Positions 19,401 through 27,936 of a DNA stretch of 64,000 nt are shown in pieces. The notes beneath the pieces were generated by a model. The model was not told where the DNA came from, did not search any database, and worked only from the letters and a program-made list of their open reading frames with translations. Made by a program: the position numbers and the translations under genes. The stretch is from an uncultured Eubacteriales bacterium (GTDB taxonomy: Bacteria; Acidobacteriota; Aminicenantia; Aminicenantales; Aminicenantaceae). Every line of letters begins with the position of its first letter. Positions within the stretch are counted from its first letter, which is position 1. The stretch spans positions 12,269 to 76,268 of the forward strand of contig CAZUXT010000009.1 in assembly GCA_964624145.1 (NCBI GenBank), in the 5' to 3' direction.

Positions 19401-19577
19401 CGGCTCATCCGTCCTGAGAATTACTATTACCTAGGTGAACTGTACGAAAAAAAAGGGAAGAAAGCCAAAGCTATCGCCTCGTACGAAAAATTCCTCGATC
19501 TCTGGAAGGATGCTGACATGAGAACAGAAGAGCGCGAGAAGGCGAGACAAAGGCTGGCTGTGCTGAAGAATCTTTAA
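16473..19577 (+). CDS. Hanks-type Ser/Thr protein kinase: zinc ribbon, kinase, TM helix, TolB-N/FlgO-like domain, TPR array
   Basis: CPKC...CGKC; GRGGMG, ALK, HRDLKPQN, DFG, GTPDYMSPE; TM LIPAVVLTLAVIAVVIW; multiple TPRs. Confidence 0.96.
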   Translation: MAIKCPKCHYENPEGTSFCGKCGTQLGPDAGPTQTMETPTTALHIGTTFAKRYEILEELGRGGMGEVFRVKDEKLDEEMALKVVKPEIAARKEIIERFKNELKLSRKIAHRHVCRMYDLNEEGETPYITMEYVRGEDLKSLIRKKGKLSEKQAVAVAKQVCEGLAEAHELGVVHRDLKPQNIMIDERNHAKIMDFGIARLVEAPGVTQSGMMIGTPDYMSPEQADGEEADQVSDIYSLGVILYEMVTGSVPFKGDTALSVALKHKTKLPPNPKKLSPEISDDLRRLILICMEKERERRYQSAEALLNDLRNIEDGLPLGTKIKPRRKMFLAPFLRKRFLIPAVVLTLAVIAVVIWQLFPGKGAAAPLIENSIAVISFENLTGDEANDMLQRAIPNLVITNLENTGLLHVATWERLQDLMKQVGRENEETIDKDLGFELCRREGIESIVLGSVMKVGDVFATDVKVFDVATKELIKSASSQGEGIDSIINTQISELSREIALGVGITRQEIASADLDVSEYTTTSMEAYSYFIKGREDWYNQYTKDAITRLEKAVELDPNFAVAYLYLGWSYGLIQDYKKQRENYEKAKELSETIILTEKEKLMIDTLFAESEEKYLEILNTIVAKYPRDKWAHLELSKHYRKNDIYSEVIKHSEIVLALDPSWGDAYEELAFAYANTGDNEKALEYLQKYSAAIPGDPSANLTTGHFYVKMGKIDDAIRKFKDALDIKPDFNIENFIAYAYAMKEDYTETFQWMDKYITNAPSESKKADTGYTFKGFYHYILGNSKQAVEYLQRAFETPWFGFSRNPRAEYIMADVNYESGKYDLCRDQFQRWHDRCQEKTPQEAVASRSYNSFWLHCPLGAIELKRGNIDSARLQLKKMEDLLPKITTPQKWEGYYWLLGQILLAEKSYDEAISVLKDAPRLKMPWIWLTQNIITYNMLNIDSFLAQAYKENGDLDQAIEVYERLTDPNPENRDGRLIRPENYYYLGELYEKKGKKAKAIASYEKFLDLWKDADMRTEEREKARQRLAVLKNL

Positions 19578-19618
19578 AAACGAGGGGAGAAAGAAGAGAG
19601 GCACATCAATAGAAGAAT

Positions 19619-20827
19619 CTATTTTTTTCCTTTTTTGAGGAGGGAGGAGGCAGCGATGTTGGCGATTTTGCTGCGCAGAGAGACCACAGAGCCCTGGTCA
19701 TCCGGGTGCACTCTGTTCGTAAGAAGAATGATATAAATTTGAGTTTCAGGGTCTATCCACAGGGACGTTCCGGTGTAACCTGTATGGCCGAAAGAGGAAG
19801 CGCCGAAAAGATCCCCCCCAGTAGAAGAATAAGCGGAATCCAGGTCCCAGCCGTATCCGCGTCCTGCGAAGGGGGCCTGACTGCAGATCTCAGTCATCCT
19901 CTCTACAGCCAGGGGGCTTAAGATCCTGGTTTCCCTGTATGTGCCTTTGTTGAGAAGCATCCAGGCAAAGATGGCCAGATCATCGGCTGTGGAAAAAAGC
20001 CCTGCGTTACCGGACACTCCTCCCAAAAGCCGTGCCAGAGGGTCATGCACCACTCCTTTGAGATAGAGCTCCTTAGTGACTTCAGTGGGAACACACTTTT
20101 CTTTCAGTTCCTCGGGAGGATTGTAGAGAGTGTGATGCATGCCCAGAGGGAGAAATATGTTTTCTCTCGAGAACTCGGCCAAATTTTGTCCGGTTATCTG
20201 TTTGATAATAGAGGAGAGACATATGAATCCCAGACAGGAATAGTGAAATTCTTCTCCTGGAGGATTTGTCTTGTCCAGGGCAGCGATATAGGCGATCAGA
20301 TTCTCAAGCGTGCAGAAGCTTCCAAAATGGGCAGTGATGTTTTCATCCTGTATATAAGGAGGAAGTCCTGATGTGTGGGTCAGAAGATGCCATATTCGGG
20401 CGTCTTCTCCGATTTCACCCAGTTCATCCGTGAAGGGTTTGAATCCAGGGATATAGTCCTTCACTTTCTCCCTCAAATGAAGCTTGCCTCTCTCAACCAG
20501 AATCATGATGGAAGTCGCTGTGGCCACAGGCTTGGTGAGCGAGGCCAGGTCAAAGAGCATGCCCTGTTCCATAGGTCGGGGCTCGGGCACCAGTTGGGAA
20601 TTTCCATAGGTGTTGCGGAAGATGACCTTGTCCTTTCTTCCCACCAGCACCACAGCGCCGGGAATATCTTTGTTTTCAATGGATAGCTGGATAATGTCAT
20701 TAATCCTCAAGAGGTGTTCACTGGATATTTCCTCTTTTCCCGGTTCAAGCTCAATGGATCGGTGGGTCCGGCACTGAGAGAAAAGCAAGAAAAGACAGAT
20801 AAGAAAGAAAAAGCTCAATTTACGCAT
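19619..20827 (-). CDS. Serine hydrolase lipoprotein (beta-lactamase/AmiE-like family)
   Basis: Lipobox FSQC; ASLTK (SxxK), YSC, HTGYTG. Confidence 0.9.
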   Translation of the reverse strand: MRKLSFFFLICLFLLFSQCRTHRSIELEPGKEEISSEHLLRINDIIQLSIENKDIPGAVVLVGRKDKVIFRNTYGNSQLVPEPRPMEQGMLFDLASLTKPVATATSIMILVERGKLHLREKVKDYIPGFKPFTDELGEIGEDARIWHLLTHTSGLPPYIQDENITAHFGSFCTLENLIAYIAALDKTNPPGEEFHYSCLGFICLSSIIKQITGQNLAEFSRENIFLPLGMHHTLYNPPEELKEKCVPTEVTKELYLKGVVHDPLARLLGGVSGNAGLFSTADDLAIFAWMLLNKGTYRETRILSPLAVERMTEICSQAPFAGRGYGWDLDSAYSSTGGDLFGASSFGHTGYTGTSLWIDPETQIYIILLTNRVHPDDQGSVVSLRSKIANIAASSLLKKGKK

Positions 20828-21090
20828 GGTTTCCTTTTGAAAGTATATTATAAGAATTCATGACTGGATAGAAAAGAAATAATTATAAGGACATTACTAT
20901 TTTCTTGCGGATAGAACAGGTTGATTATTGCCCCCATATATGATATAAAATGAGACACTTTTTAAAGGAAGATCAGGAAGGAACACATAGATATTTCCCC
21001 TTAGGGAGGAGAATTCCGTTAAAGAGGCAGGGAAATCCTTCTGCTCTTGAATCTTTCCATATAAAGAGCAGAACCGAGTGGAGTGAATGA

Positions 21091-22788
21091 TTGTTTGACT
21101 CAATTTTAGATTTTTTTTCAAAGATCCCGGCAATCCATCTGAATGTATTGATCCTTTTAGGATTAGCCTTGTTCGGAGGGACTTATGGGGGGCGTTTGTT
21201 CCAGAAACTGCGGATACCTCAGGTAGTGGGATATATTGCCGTGGGAATTCTTCTCGGTAAGACCGGAGCCAACATAGTCAATGAGCAGGTTATGGAATCG
21301 TTCCAGATTTTCAATTATTTTGCACTGGGTCTTATTGGGTTCACCATCGGAGGAGAATTAAAAAAAGAGACTTTTTTAAAATACGGAAGACAGATCATTT
21401 ATGTACTTCTGTTTGAAGGGATTGCTGCGTTCGTTCTCGTTACGGTTCTAGTGGGTGTGGTGGGAAGTCTATTGCTGGATGATACAAGTACGGCCTGGGC
21501 GTTGGGACTCCTGTTGGGGGCTATCGCTTCTGCCACAGCACCGGCTGCCACCACAAATGTTTTATGGGAATACAAGAGTAAAGGACCTTTGACCACCACT
21601 ATCCTCGGTATTGTGGCCATGGACGATGGACTGGCTCTTTTGCTTTTTGCCGTAGCCTCCAGCATAGCCGGGCTTATATTGGGAAACGGGAGCAGCAGTA
21701 TGCTGGGGACATTCATCTCTCCCCTGTATGAAATCACCGGTTCCATATGTATCGGTGTGTTTTCAGGATATGTGTTGAGCAGGATACTTAAAAGTCATAG
21801 TGAGAGAGAAAGAGTGCTTGCGTTTTCTGTGGGAATTGTGCTCCTAGTTTTAGGGGTAGCGCTTCTTTTTGGATTTGATATTCTGCTGGCATCAATGTCC
21901 CTGGGAGTGACGGTTGTCAATTTGACTCCTAGGAAAAGCAAGGACATGTTTGACCTGCTCAAAGGCTTTACTCCTCCTATTTTTGTCCTGTTCTTTGTTT
22001 TAGTCGGGGCCGAACTGAACTTAAGTTATATGAATGTCCCACTTGTATTGATAGCTGTGGTCTACCTTATAGGAAGAACAACCGGAAAAATGGCGGGTTC
22101 GACCGTTGGAGCGCGTATTTCCAAGGCTTCAAAATCAGTCCGGAAATATTTGCCATTATGCCTTTTCAGCCAGGCAGGTGTGGCTATAGGTCTTTCTATT
22201 CTGGCAGGACATAAATTTCCCGGAGAAATCAGCAGCGCTATTGTTATCATCATCATCTCTACGGTCTTTGTTCTTGAATTGGCAGGGCCGCCCTTTGTTA
22301 AAATGGCTGTGACAAAAGCCGGAGAAGTTGGGCTCAATGTAACGGAGGAGGATTTGATAAGGCAAAGCAAAGTAAAGGATATCATGGATAAGAATCCTCC
22401 TGTCATCTATGAAAATACATGTTTAAATAAAATTCTGGAGATATTCAGCAGCCATGATAATCTCTACTATCCTGTGGTGAACAAAGACAAATACCTCATG
22501 GGGATTATGTCCATTGATCATCTGAAACAAACCTTCATGCTTTCAGGATTGAATGAGTTTCTGTTAGCTTATGACTTGATGGAACCGGTCATTGCCGTCA
22601 CTCACCCTGAAACGTCTATGACTGAAGCAAAGGAAGAGATGGAAAGAAACCGCATGCAGTGCCTTCCGGTCGTGACAGAGGATGACAAATTGGTCGGATT
22701 CATCGAGTCCCGTTCCATACAGAGGCTCATATCAATCAAAATTGCAGAACTGGAAAGAAAGTCATTGGATCTGGAAGCCGGGAAATGA
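21091..22788 (+). CDS. Cation:proton antiporter with C-terminal CBS pair
   Basis: About 12 TM helices, GIVAMDDG motif; two CBS repeats in the last about 130 aa; TTG start. Confidence 0.9.
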   Translation: MFDSILDFFSKIPAIHLNVLILLGLALFGGTYGGRLFQKLRIPQVVGYIAVGILLGKTGANIVNEQVMESFQIFNYFALGLIGFTIGGELKKETFLKYGRQIIYVLLFEGIAAFVLVTVLVGVVGSLLLDDTSTAWALGLLLGAIASATAPAATTNVLWEYKSKGPLTTTILGIVAMDDGLALLLFAVASSIAGLILGNGSSSMLGTFISPLYEITGSICIGVFSGYVLSRILKSHSERERVLAFSVGIVLLVLGVALLFGFDILLASMSLGVTVVNLTPRKSKDMFDLLKGFTPPIFVLFFVLVGAELNLSYMNVPLVLIAVVYLIGRTTGKMAGSTVGARISKASKSVRKYLPLCLFSQAGVAIGLSILAGHKFPGEISSAIVIIIISTVFVLELAGPPFVKMAVTKAGEVGLNVTEEDLIRQSKVKDIMDKNPPVIYENTCLNKILEIFSSHDNLYYPVVNKDKYLMGIMSIDHLKQTFMLSGLNEFLLAYDLMEPVIAVTHPETSMTEAKEEMERNRMQCLPVVTEDDKLVGFIESRSIQRLISIKIAELERKSLDLEAGK

Positions 22789-23531
22789 CAGATAAGGTAT
22801 ATACACAAAAGTTTACGGTTCGCAACTTTGATGTGGATTTTAGGGGAAAACTGAAACTGGAGATGCTGTTGAATTTCCTTCAGGAATCCGCTGCTGAACA
22901 TGCCTTTGCCTTAGGCCTTTCCGGAGAGGAGCTGCTGAAAAAAAATCTTGCCTGGATTCTTTCTAGGTATCACATAGAGATCGATCATTACCCGAAGAAG
23001 GGAGAAACCATTGAGGTTAAGACCTGGCCCTGTCTGATCAAGGGGATTTTTACCCTGAGAGAATATGAAATACACACTTCAAAATCAATAGCAGCGAAAG
23101 CCACATCATCCTGGATGGCTGTGGATTTAAAAAAGAAAAAGCCTGTAAAAATAAAGGAGCACCTCCCTTCCTTTACAATGTATGAAAAAAGGGCTGTAAA
23201 TGATGAGTTTAAGCGTCTTCCGGATTTTAATAAAAGTGACCTGGAGTTAAGGTTTCCCGTATTAAAAGCAGACCTTGATTTTAACCGTCATGTGAATAAT
23301 GTTGTTTATATCAAGTGTGCGGTGGAGACAGTGCCTGAAAAAGTCATAATGAATTCGAGATTGACCAGAATAGAGGTCAATTATAGAAACGAGACTTTTT
23401 ACGGAGATTGGATCACATCCCGCACGCAAATAGTCAGAGCAGGGGAATGCCCTCAGTACATACATCAACTTATCAGAGAAAGCGACGGACAGGAAATAGC
23501 GCGCTTGAGAACAGAATGGACTGATTTATAA
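22785..23531 (+). CDS. Acyl-ACP thioesterase (FatA/B-like double hot-dog)
   Basis: DLDFNRHVNN catalytic motif; LQESAAEHA; ATGA overlap with the antiporter. Confidence 0.93.
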   Translation: MTDKVYTQKFTVRNFDVDFRGKLKLEMLLNFLQESAAEHAFALGLSGEELLKKNLAWILSRYHIEIDHYPKKGETIEVKTWPCLIKGIFTLREYEIHTSKSIAAKATSSWMAVDLKKKKPVKIKEHLPSFTMYEKRAVNDEFKRLPDFNKSDLELRFPVLKADLDFNRHVNNVVYIKCAVETVPEKVIMNSRLTRIEVNYRNETFYGDWITSRTQIVRAGECPQYIHQLIRESDGQEIARLRTEWTDL

Positions 23532-23544
23532 TAGTATCTCATTC

Positions 23545-23569
23545 CTGAACAGAAGCGAAGGCTGTTCAG
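23545..23569. terminator. Hairpin between convergent genes
   Basis: CTGAACAG-N9-CTGTTCAG perfect 8-bp stem; no clear U-tract. Confidence 0.45.
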
Positions 23570-23572
23570 AGG

Positions 23573-25711
23573 TCAAATCTGGAGGCTCTTCATTGTTTCT
23601 ATGGCTCTCTGGGCCGCTCTTTTCAGGATGTTTCTGGGTGAATCTGTGTTTTTTGCTTTTTCCATAAACAGAATATCTGATGGATCGCCGCATTTTCCCA
23701 GGGCAGTTAAAGCTTCTGCTTGGACCAGGTAGCTGTTATCTTTCAAAAATATTTGTTTGAAAAATGCCCTTAACTCCTTTTTTTTGTAGTTCCCCAGGGC
23801 ATTGACGGCCGCTGCTCTCACTTTTGAGCTTTTATCTTTATAAATTTTTTTAAGCACAGAGATTAGTTCCGGATTTTCCATTTTCCCCAGGGTTTTGACC
23901 GCACTTTGCCGGACACTCCAAAAAGAATCTTTTTCAGCCGCTTCAATCAATGAGGACACGGTTTTTGGGTTTGACTTGTGGTTGTAAAGCTCTGATGCGG
24001 CCCACATCCTTCCGATCACATCGTCATTTTTGAGTTGGTAAAGGAGTTCATCCGGAGTTTTGTCAAAGGACCATTCTTTAAGCAGAAAATTGCCTTTATC
24101 AAACCGGACCATAAGAGGCTTTGAACCGATTTTAAAAGAGAATTTATTTTCTTTTTTATCTATCCAGATTTTTTTTGTAAAAGTTTTTTTCTCTGTTGTC
24201 ACTTCCACTATGACAGGGAGTGTAAAAACAGGAACCCCCTTGGAAAAATCTTGTGTTTGATTGATGGTTAAGGTCAGTTCTTTGGCTGTTGGGTCCCATT
24301 TTTTGTTTATTTCAAACACAGGATGACCCGGTTTAAAGATCCACTGATCAAAAAACCAGCCCAGGTTCTGTCCGGTTGCCTCTTTAATGGAGGTTATTAA
24401 GTCATGAGTGTCCACAACCTGGAAAGCATGTTTGGTGATGAAATGATTGAGCGCTCTGAAAAAAGGTTTTTCTCCCATGATAAAACGCAGCATATGAAGG
24501 ACCACAGCTCCTTTAGGATAGGTATGGCCGTCCATTATATCCCAGGGATTGTTGTATCTGTTAAACACAATAGGCCTTATGTATCTGTGATGAGCTTCTG
24601 CCAAATAACTGTCTTTCTTTTGTTTGAGATTCACAGCTCCTTCATCATCTCCAAGGTCATGATTGATGTACAGATATTCTGAATAAGTGGCAAAACTCTC
24701 ACTCAACCAGACATGGCTCCATGTCCGTTCAGTCACTGTATCGCCCCACCATTGGTGAGCCAGCTCATGAGCGACTAGAGAATCACTTGAAAAGTCCTTT
24801 TCAGCTTTTTGGTCATGGATAGTCGCATCTCCCAGTATGGTCGCACTGGCGTTTTCCAGGCCTCCGCCAAAACCGGCGATGCATATTTGGGCGTATTTGG
24901 CCCATGGATAAGTAAATCCGAATTTTTTATTGTAAAAGGAGATCATGTCCGGGGTCTTGCCAAAACTGCGCATGGCACCCGGTATATCCTTTTCGTAGAC
25001 CCAGTACTCCACTGGGAGCCCATCCAGAGAGACTCTGATTATTTCATAAGGCCCGGCTGTGAGGGTGATCAAATAGGAAGAAATGGGGAGCTCCTGGGAA
25101 TAGTAGTAGGTCTTGATGTTTGACTGTTCATCATGCTCTGTCTTTTTTAGCTCTCCGTTTGACAGGACTTTGTAGTCCTCTTTGACCGTGGCAATAAGTT
25201 CATGGGTTGCTTTATCATTCGGGAAGTCATAACAGGGGAACCAGTGATGGGCTTTTTCAGGCCAGGAATAAGTATTGATTTGAGGAGGGTGATCGGGTGT
25301 TTCGTTAACAAATATAAGTCCGTTTTTTGGATTTTCTTCATGGTATTTGATTGTGAGATCGATTATTTCTCCGTAATCACGGGCTTTTTTTAAGTTTATG
25401 ATTAATTTTTCATCTTTGTGCAGAAAATCAAGGGGGATTTTCGCTGGATTTATGACCGAAGTGACCGTAAAATCCGCTGCGTCAAGGACACACTGATTGA
25501 AATCATCTTTGAGAGAGGAGAGAGTGATGGTGGTTTCTCCCCAGTATGTCTTTTTTTTCTCATCGAATCTGAACTTAAGAAGATAGTGAATCACATCATA
25601 ATCACGGCTTCTTTCGAACTGCTGTTCTCTATGGTATATGTCAGCTTCTAGAGCGAACAAAGAATTCACGGAAAGAATGAATACGGCTATCAAGATTTTT
25701 ATTTTTTTCAT
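23573..25711 (-). CDS. M1 family aminopeptidase with C-terminal HEAT repeats
   Basis: Signal peptide; GGLEN; HELAH-x18-E zinc motif; YPKG; HEAT repeats. Confidence 0.94.
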   Translation of the reverse strand: MKKIKILIAVFILSVNSLFALEADIYHREQQFERSRDYDVIHYLLKFRFDEKKKTYWGETTITLSSLKDDFNQCVLDAADFTVTSVINPAKIPLDFLHKDEKLIINLKKARDYGEIIDLTIKYHEENPKNGLIFVNETPDHPPQINTYSWPEKAHHWFPCYDFPNDKATHELIATVKEDYKVLSNGELKKTEHDEQSNIKTYYYSQELPISSYLITLTAGPYEIIRVSLDGLPVEYWVYEKDIPGAMRSFGKTPDMISFYNKKFGFTYPWAKYAQICIAGFGGGLENASATILGDATIHDQKAEKDFSSDSLVAHELAHQWWGDTVTERTWSHVWLSESFATYSEYLYINHDLGDDEGAVNLKQKKDSYLAEAHHRYIRPIVFNRYNNPWDIMDGHTYPKGAVVLHMLRFIMGEKPFFRALNHFITKHAFQVVDTHDLITSIKEATGQNLGWFFDQWIFKPGHPVFEINKKWDPTAKELTLTINQTQDFSKGVPVFTLPVIVEVTTEKKTFTKKIWIDKKENKFSFKIGSKPLMVRFDKGNFLLKEWSFDKTPDELLYQLKNDDVIGRMWAASELYNHKSNPKTVSSLIEAAEKDSFWSVRQSAVKTLGKMENPELISVLKKIYKDKSSKVRAAAVNALGNYKKKELRAFFKQIFLKDNSYLVQAEALTALGKCGDPSDILFMEKAKNTDSPRNILKRAAQRAIETMKSLQI

Positions 25712-25720
25712 AGCTGCGCC

Positions 25721-27817
25721 CTACTTTTTTTGAAGTTTATCCAGAATATCTTTGACATCTTTTTGTTCAGGATTAAGTTGTAATGATTTTTTGAACATTT
25801 TTACAGCCATCTCTTTTTTCCCGAATTCAAAATAGATATATCCGGCTTGTTTGTGGGCTTCCGCATTGTCCGGGAACAATTCAAGGGCAATGTCTGTAAG
25901 CAGAAGGAGTTCTTCTGTTTTTTCCGCGCTTTTTAGTTTTTCTGAAAAGGAAGCAAAATGATTAAGGCTTATGGGATCTAAAGAGTGAGATTTTTTATAA
26001 TATTCAAGGGAATTTTGATCCTCCTTTTTAAGCACAGAACATTCAGCTAAAAGAAGCAAAGTAAAGGGCTGGTCCGGGTATATCTCGGAACTTTTCTGCA
26101 GGAGATCCATAGCCCTGTCGATTTGGTTTTTTTGAACGAAAGCGTAGGCCGCCCCTGTAATTTCTTCAGAAAAATCCGGATAAATGCGGGCTTCCGAAGA
26201 AAGTTTTTTGAGTTTTTGGAGAAGGGAGTCAAGGTCAGTTTCAGTAGTGATGTGCATGGTGCGCCAATCATCTGAATAGGTGCGCTTCCAGTCTTCTTGT
26301 AAAGAACGTATTGTGTTTGTGATTTCTTTTCTGAATCTATAGTCTGATGAAAGTTTGCTGAAGTCAGAAAAAAAGGCCAGAGGGCCTGATTGGTGATACT
26401 CTTTAAGCTTGGATTTTCCGTACGCCCCTTCAAGATAGGATGCCATATAAGCTCCGATTCGGATAAAAGGCTTTCCCTCTGAAGGATGGATTCCATTTTT
26501 TAGCTTGTTTTTTGCTTTTTCAAAATTTGTTTTCAATGCGTTTTTTCGTGCGTATTGATTGAGATAGTCAAATGCCCGGCTGACCTCTTTTCTGGTTCCT
26601 GCAGCCTGTAGGCCGAAGTAGTCATATCTGCTGAGTCCGTAGTCAAACACCTGGGAGAGGGCATTGTAGATGGCCTGTTCAAAAGGATCAGAGACAAAAG
26701 CTTTGGAGTTTAAATCCTGGTTCAGGATAAGTTCGGACAGGGCATTCACATAAGGGGAAAGATTTGCCTCCTCCAAATTAGCTCCAACCGCAATGACAAA
26801 ATTTTCAGTGGGGAATATGAGAAGCTGCGTTTTTGTCTCCGGTTGTGAGCCGCTGTGGCTGGCATTGAAGTGACCTTTTAAAGGGGCAACCCTCCATCCC
26901 ATTCCATACCAGGTTGATTGCCCTTCCCTGGTCGCCATTGAAGTAAAAACCGAATCCCATGCTTCCGGTTTTAGTATCTTTTTCTCACAGACTCCTTTTC
27001 CGTATTTTAAAAGGTCTATCACCGTGGACCGGGTTCCTCCTGCGGCAAACCGGCTTGAAATGTCAACGAATTCAGAATTTTTGATTTCCCCGTTTATAAG
27101 GCGGTAGCCCTGGACTCTATTGGGGATGAGGTCTTCAGGGGAGTCCATTCTTGAGGCATTCATGCCTAAAGGTTTGAAGACGATCTTTGTGATACATTCT
27201 CCGAAAGGCCGGCCTGAAGCGTTCTCCACAACCGCTCCGAGCAGATTGAATCCATAACTGGAATAATGGTATTTGGTTCCCGGCTCTGCCACCAGGTCAA
27301 AATCTTTAAACACGGAAAGGGCCTGCTCTGTGTTCATGTGATCCTTGAAATGACCTTCTTTGTCGTAGTCTTTGTAGTGGCTGATCCCACTTAGATGGCC
27401 CAGAAGCTGGCGTACGGTCACAGGCCACTTTTTTTTGGGAAAATCAGGGACATAAGTCTGGACTTCCTCGTCCAGGTCGATTTTTCCGTCTTCCACTAAC
27501 TTGAGAACAGCAATAGCCGTGAATGTTTTGGAGACCGAAGCCATACGATAAGAGCTTTGGGGTTGGGCTTTTACCTTGTTTTCAAGGTCTGCATACCCGA
27601 ATCCCCTGGCCCAGGTAAAGTCGTCTTTCATAAAGCCTATGGAAAGACCGGGGATTTTATTGCTGTGCATCTTTTTTTCAACATACTGTTCGAATTTTTT
27701 GATGGCATTGCCATAGTCCTGAGGGGCCTGTAGAGTGCCTGGGTTCGAATACAGGCCCGGATTTAGAAAGAATGTACAGAGGAATGTCAGAAAAAAGGTT
27801 ACTGTTTTTTTAGTCAT
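25721..27817 (-). CDS. Serine hydrolase (beta-lactamase family) with C-terminal helical/TPR region
   Basis: Signal peptide; ASVSK, YSS, HSG; TPR-like C-terminus. Confidence 0.9.
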   Translation of the reverse strand: MTKKTVTFFLTFLCTFFLNPGLYSNPGTLQAPQDYGNAIKKFEQYVEKKMHSNKIPGLSIGFMKDDFTWARGFGYADLENKVKAQPQSSYRMASVSKTFTAIAVLKLVEDGKIDLDEEVQTYVPDFPKKKWPVTVRQLLGHLSGISHYKDYDKEGHFKDHMNTEQALSVFKDFDLVAEPGTKYHYSSYGFNLLGAVVENASGRPFGECITKIVFKPLGMNASRMDSPEDLIPNRVQGYRLINGEIKNSEFVDISSRFAAGGTRSTVIDLLKYGKGVCEKKILKPEAWDSVFTSMATREGQSTWYGMGWRVAPLKGHFNASHSGSQPETKTQLLIFPTENFVIAVGANLEEANLSPYVNALSELILNQDLNSKAFVSDPFEQAIYNALSQVFDYGLSRYDYFGLQAAGTRKEVSRAFDYLNQYARKNALKTNFEKAKNKLKNGIHPSEGKPFIRIGAYMASYLEGAYGKSKLKEYHQSGPLAFFSDFSKLSSDYRFRKEITNTIRSLQEDWKRTYSDDWRTMHITTETDLDSLLQKLKKLSSEARIYPDFSEEITGAAYAFVQKNQIDRAMDLLQKSSEIYPDQPFTLLLLAECSVLKKEDQNSLEYYKKSHSLDPISLNHFASFSEKLKSAEKTEELLLLTDIALELFPDNAEAHKQAGYIYFEFGKKEMAVKMFKKSLQLNPEQKDVKDILDKLQKK

Positions 27818-27839
27818 TTCGTTTATAATACATGTTATC

Positions 27840-27869
27840 TTGACAAAAGAAAACGAAAAGCCTTAACAT
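27840..27869 (+). promoter_or_regulatory. Candidate sigma70 promoter for the aldehyde dehydrogenase
   Basis: TTGACA (27840) -18- TAACAT (27864). Confidence 0.5.
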
Positions 27870-27936
27870 TTTGCCTTAAAAAAGGACGCACAAAATAGTA
27901 ATACTGGTGTCGAAAAATCTTAAAGGGAAGGTTTAG

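Noticed and set aside
19619-27817. Calling the two SxxK proteins antibiotic-resistance beta-lactamases
   Set aside because: The motifs fit the broad serine hydrolase family (YSC/YSS, HTG/HSG); peptidase, amidase or esterase roles are at least as likely
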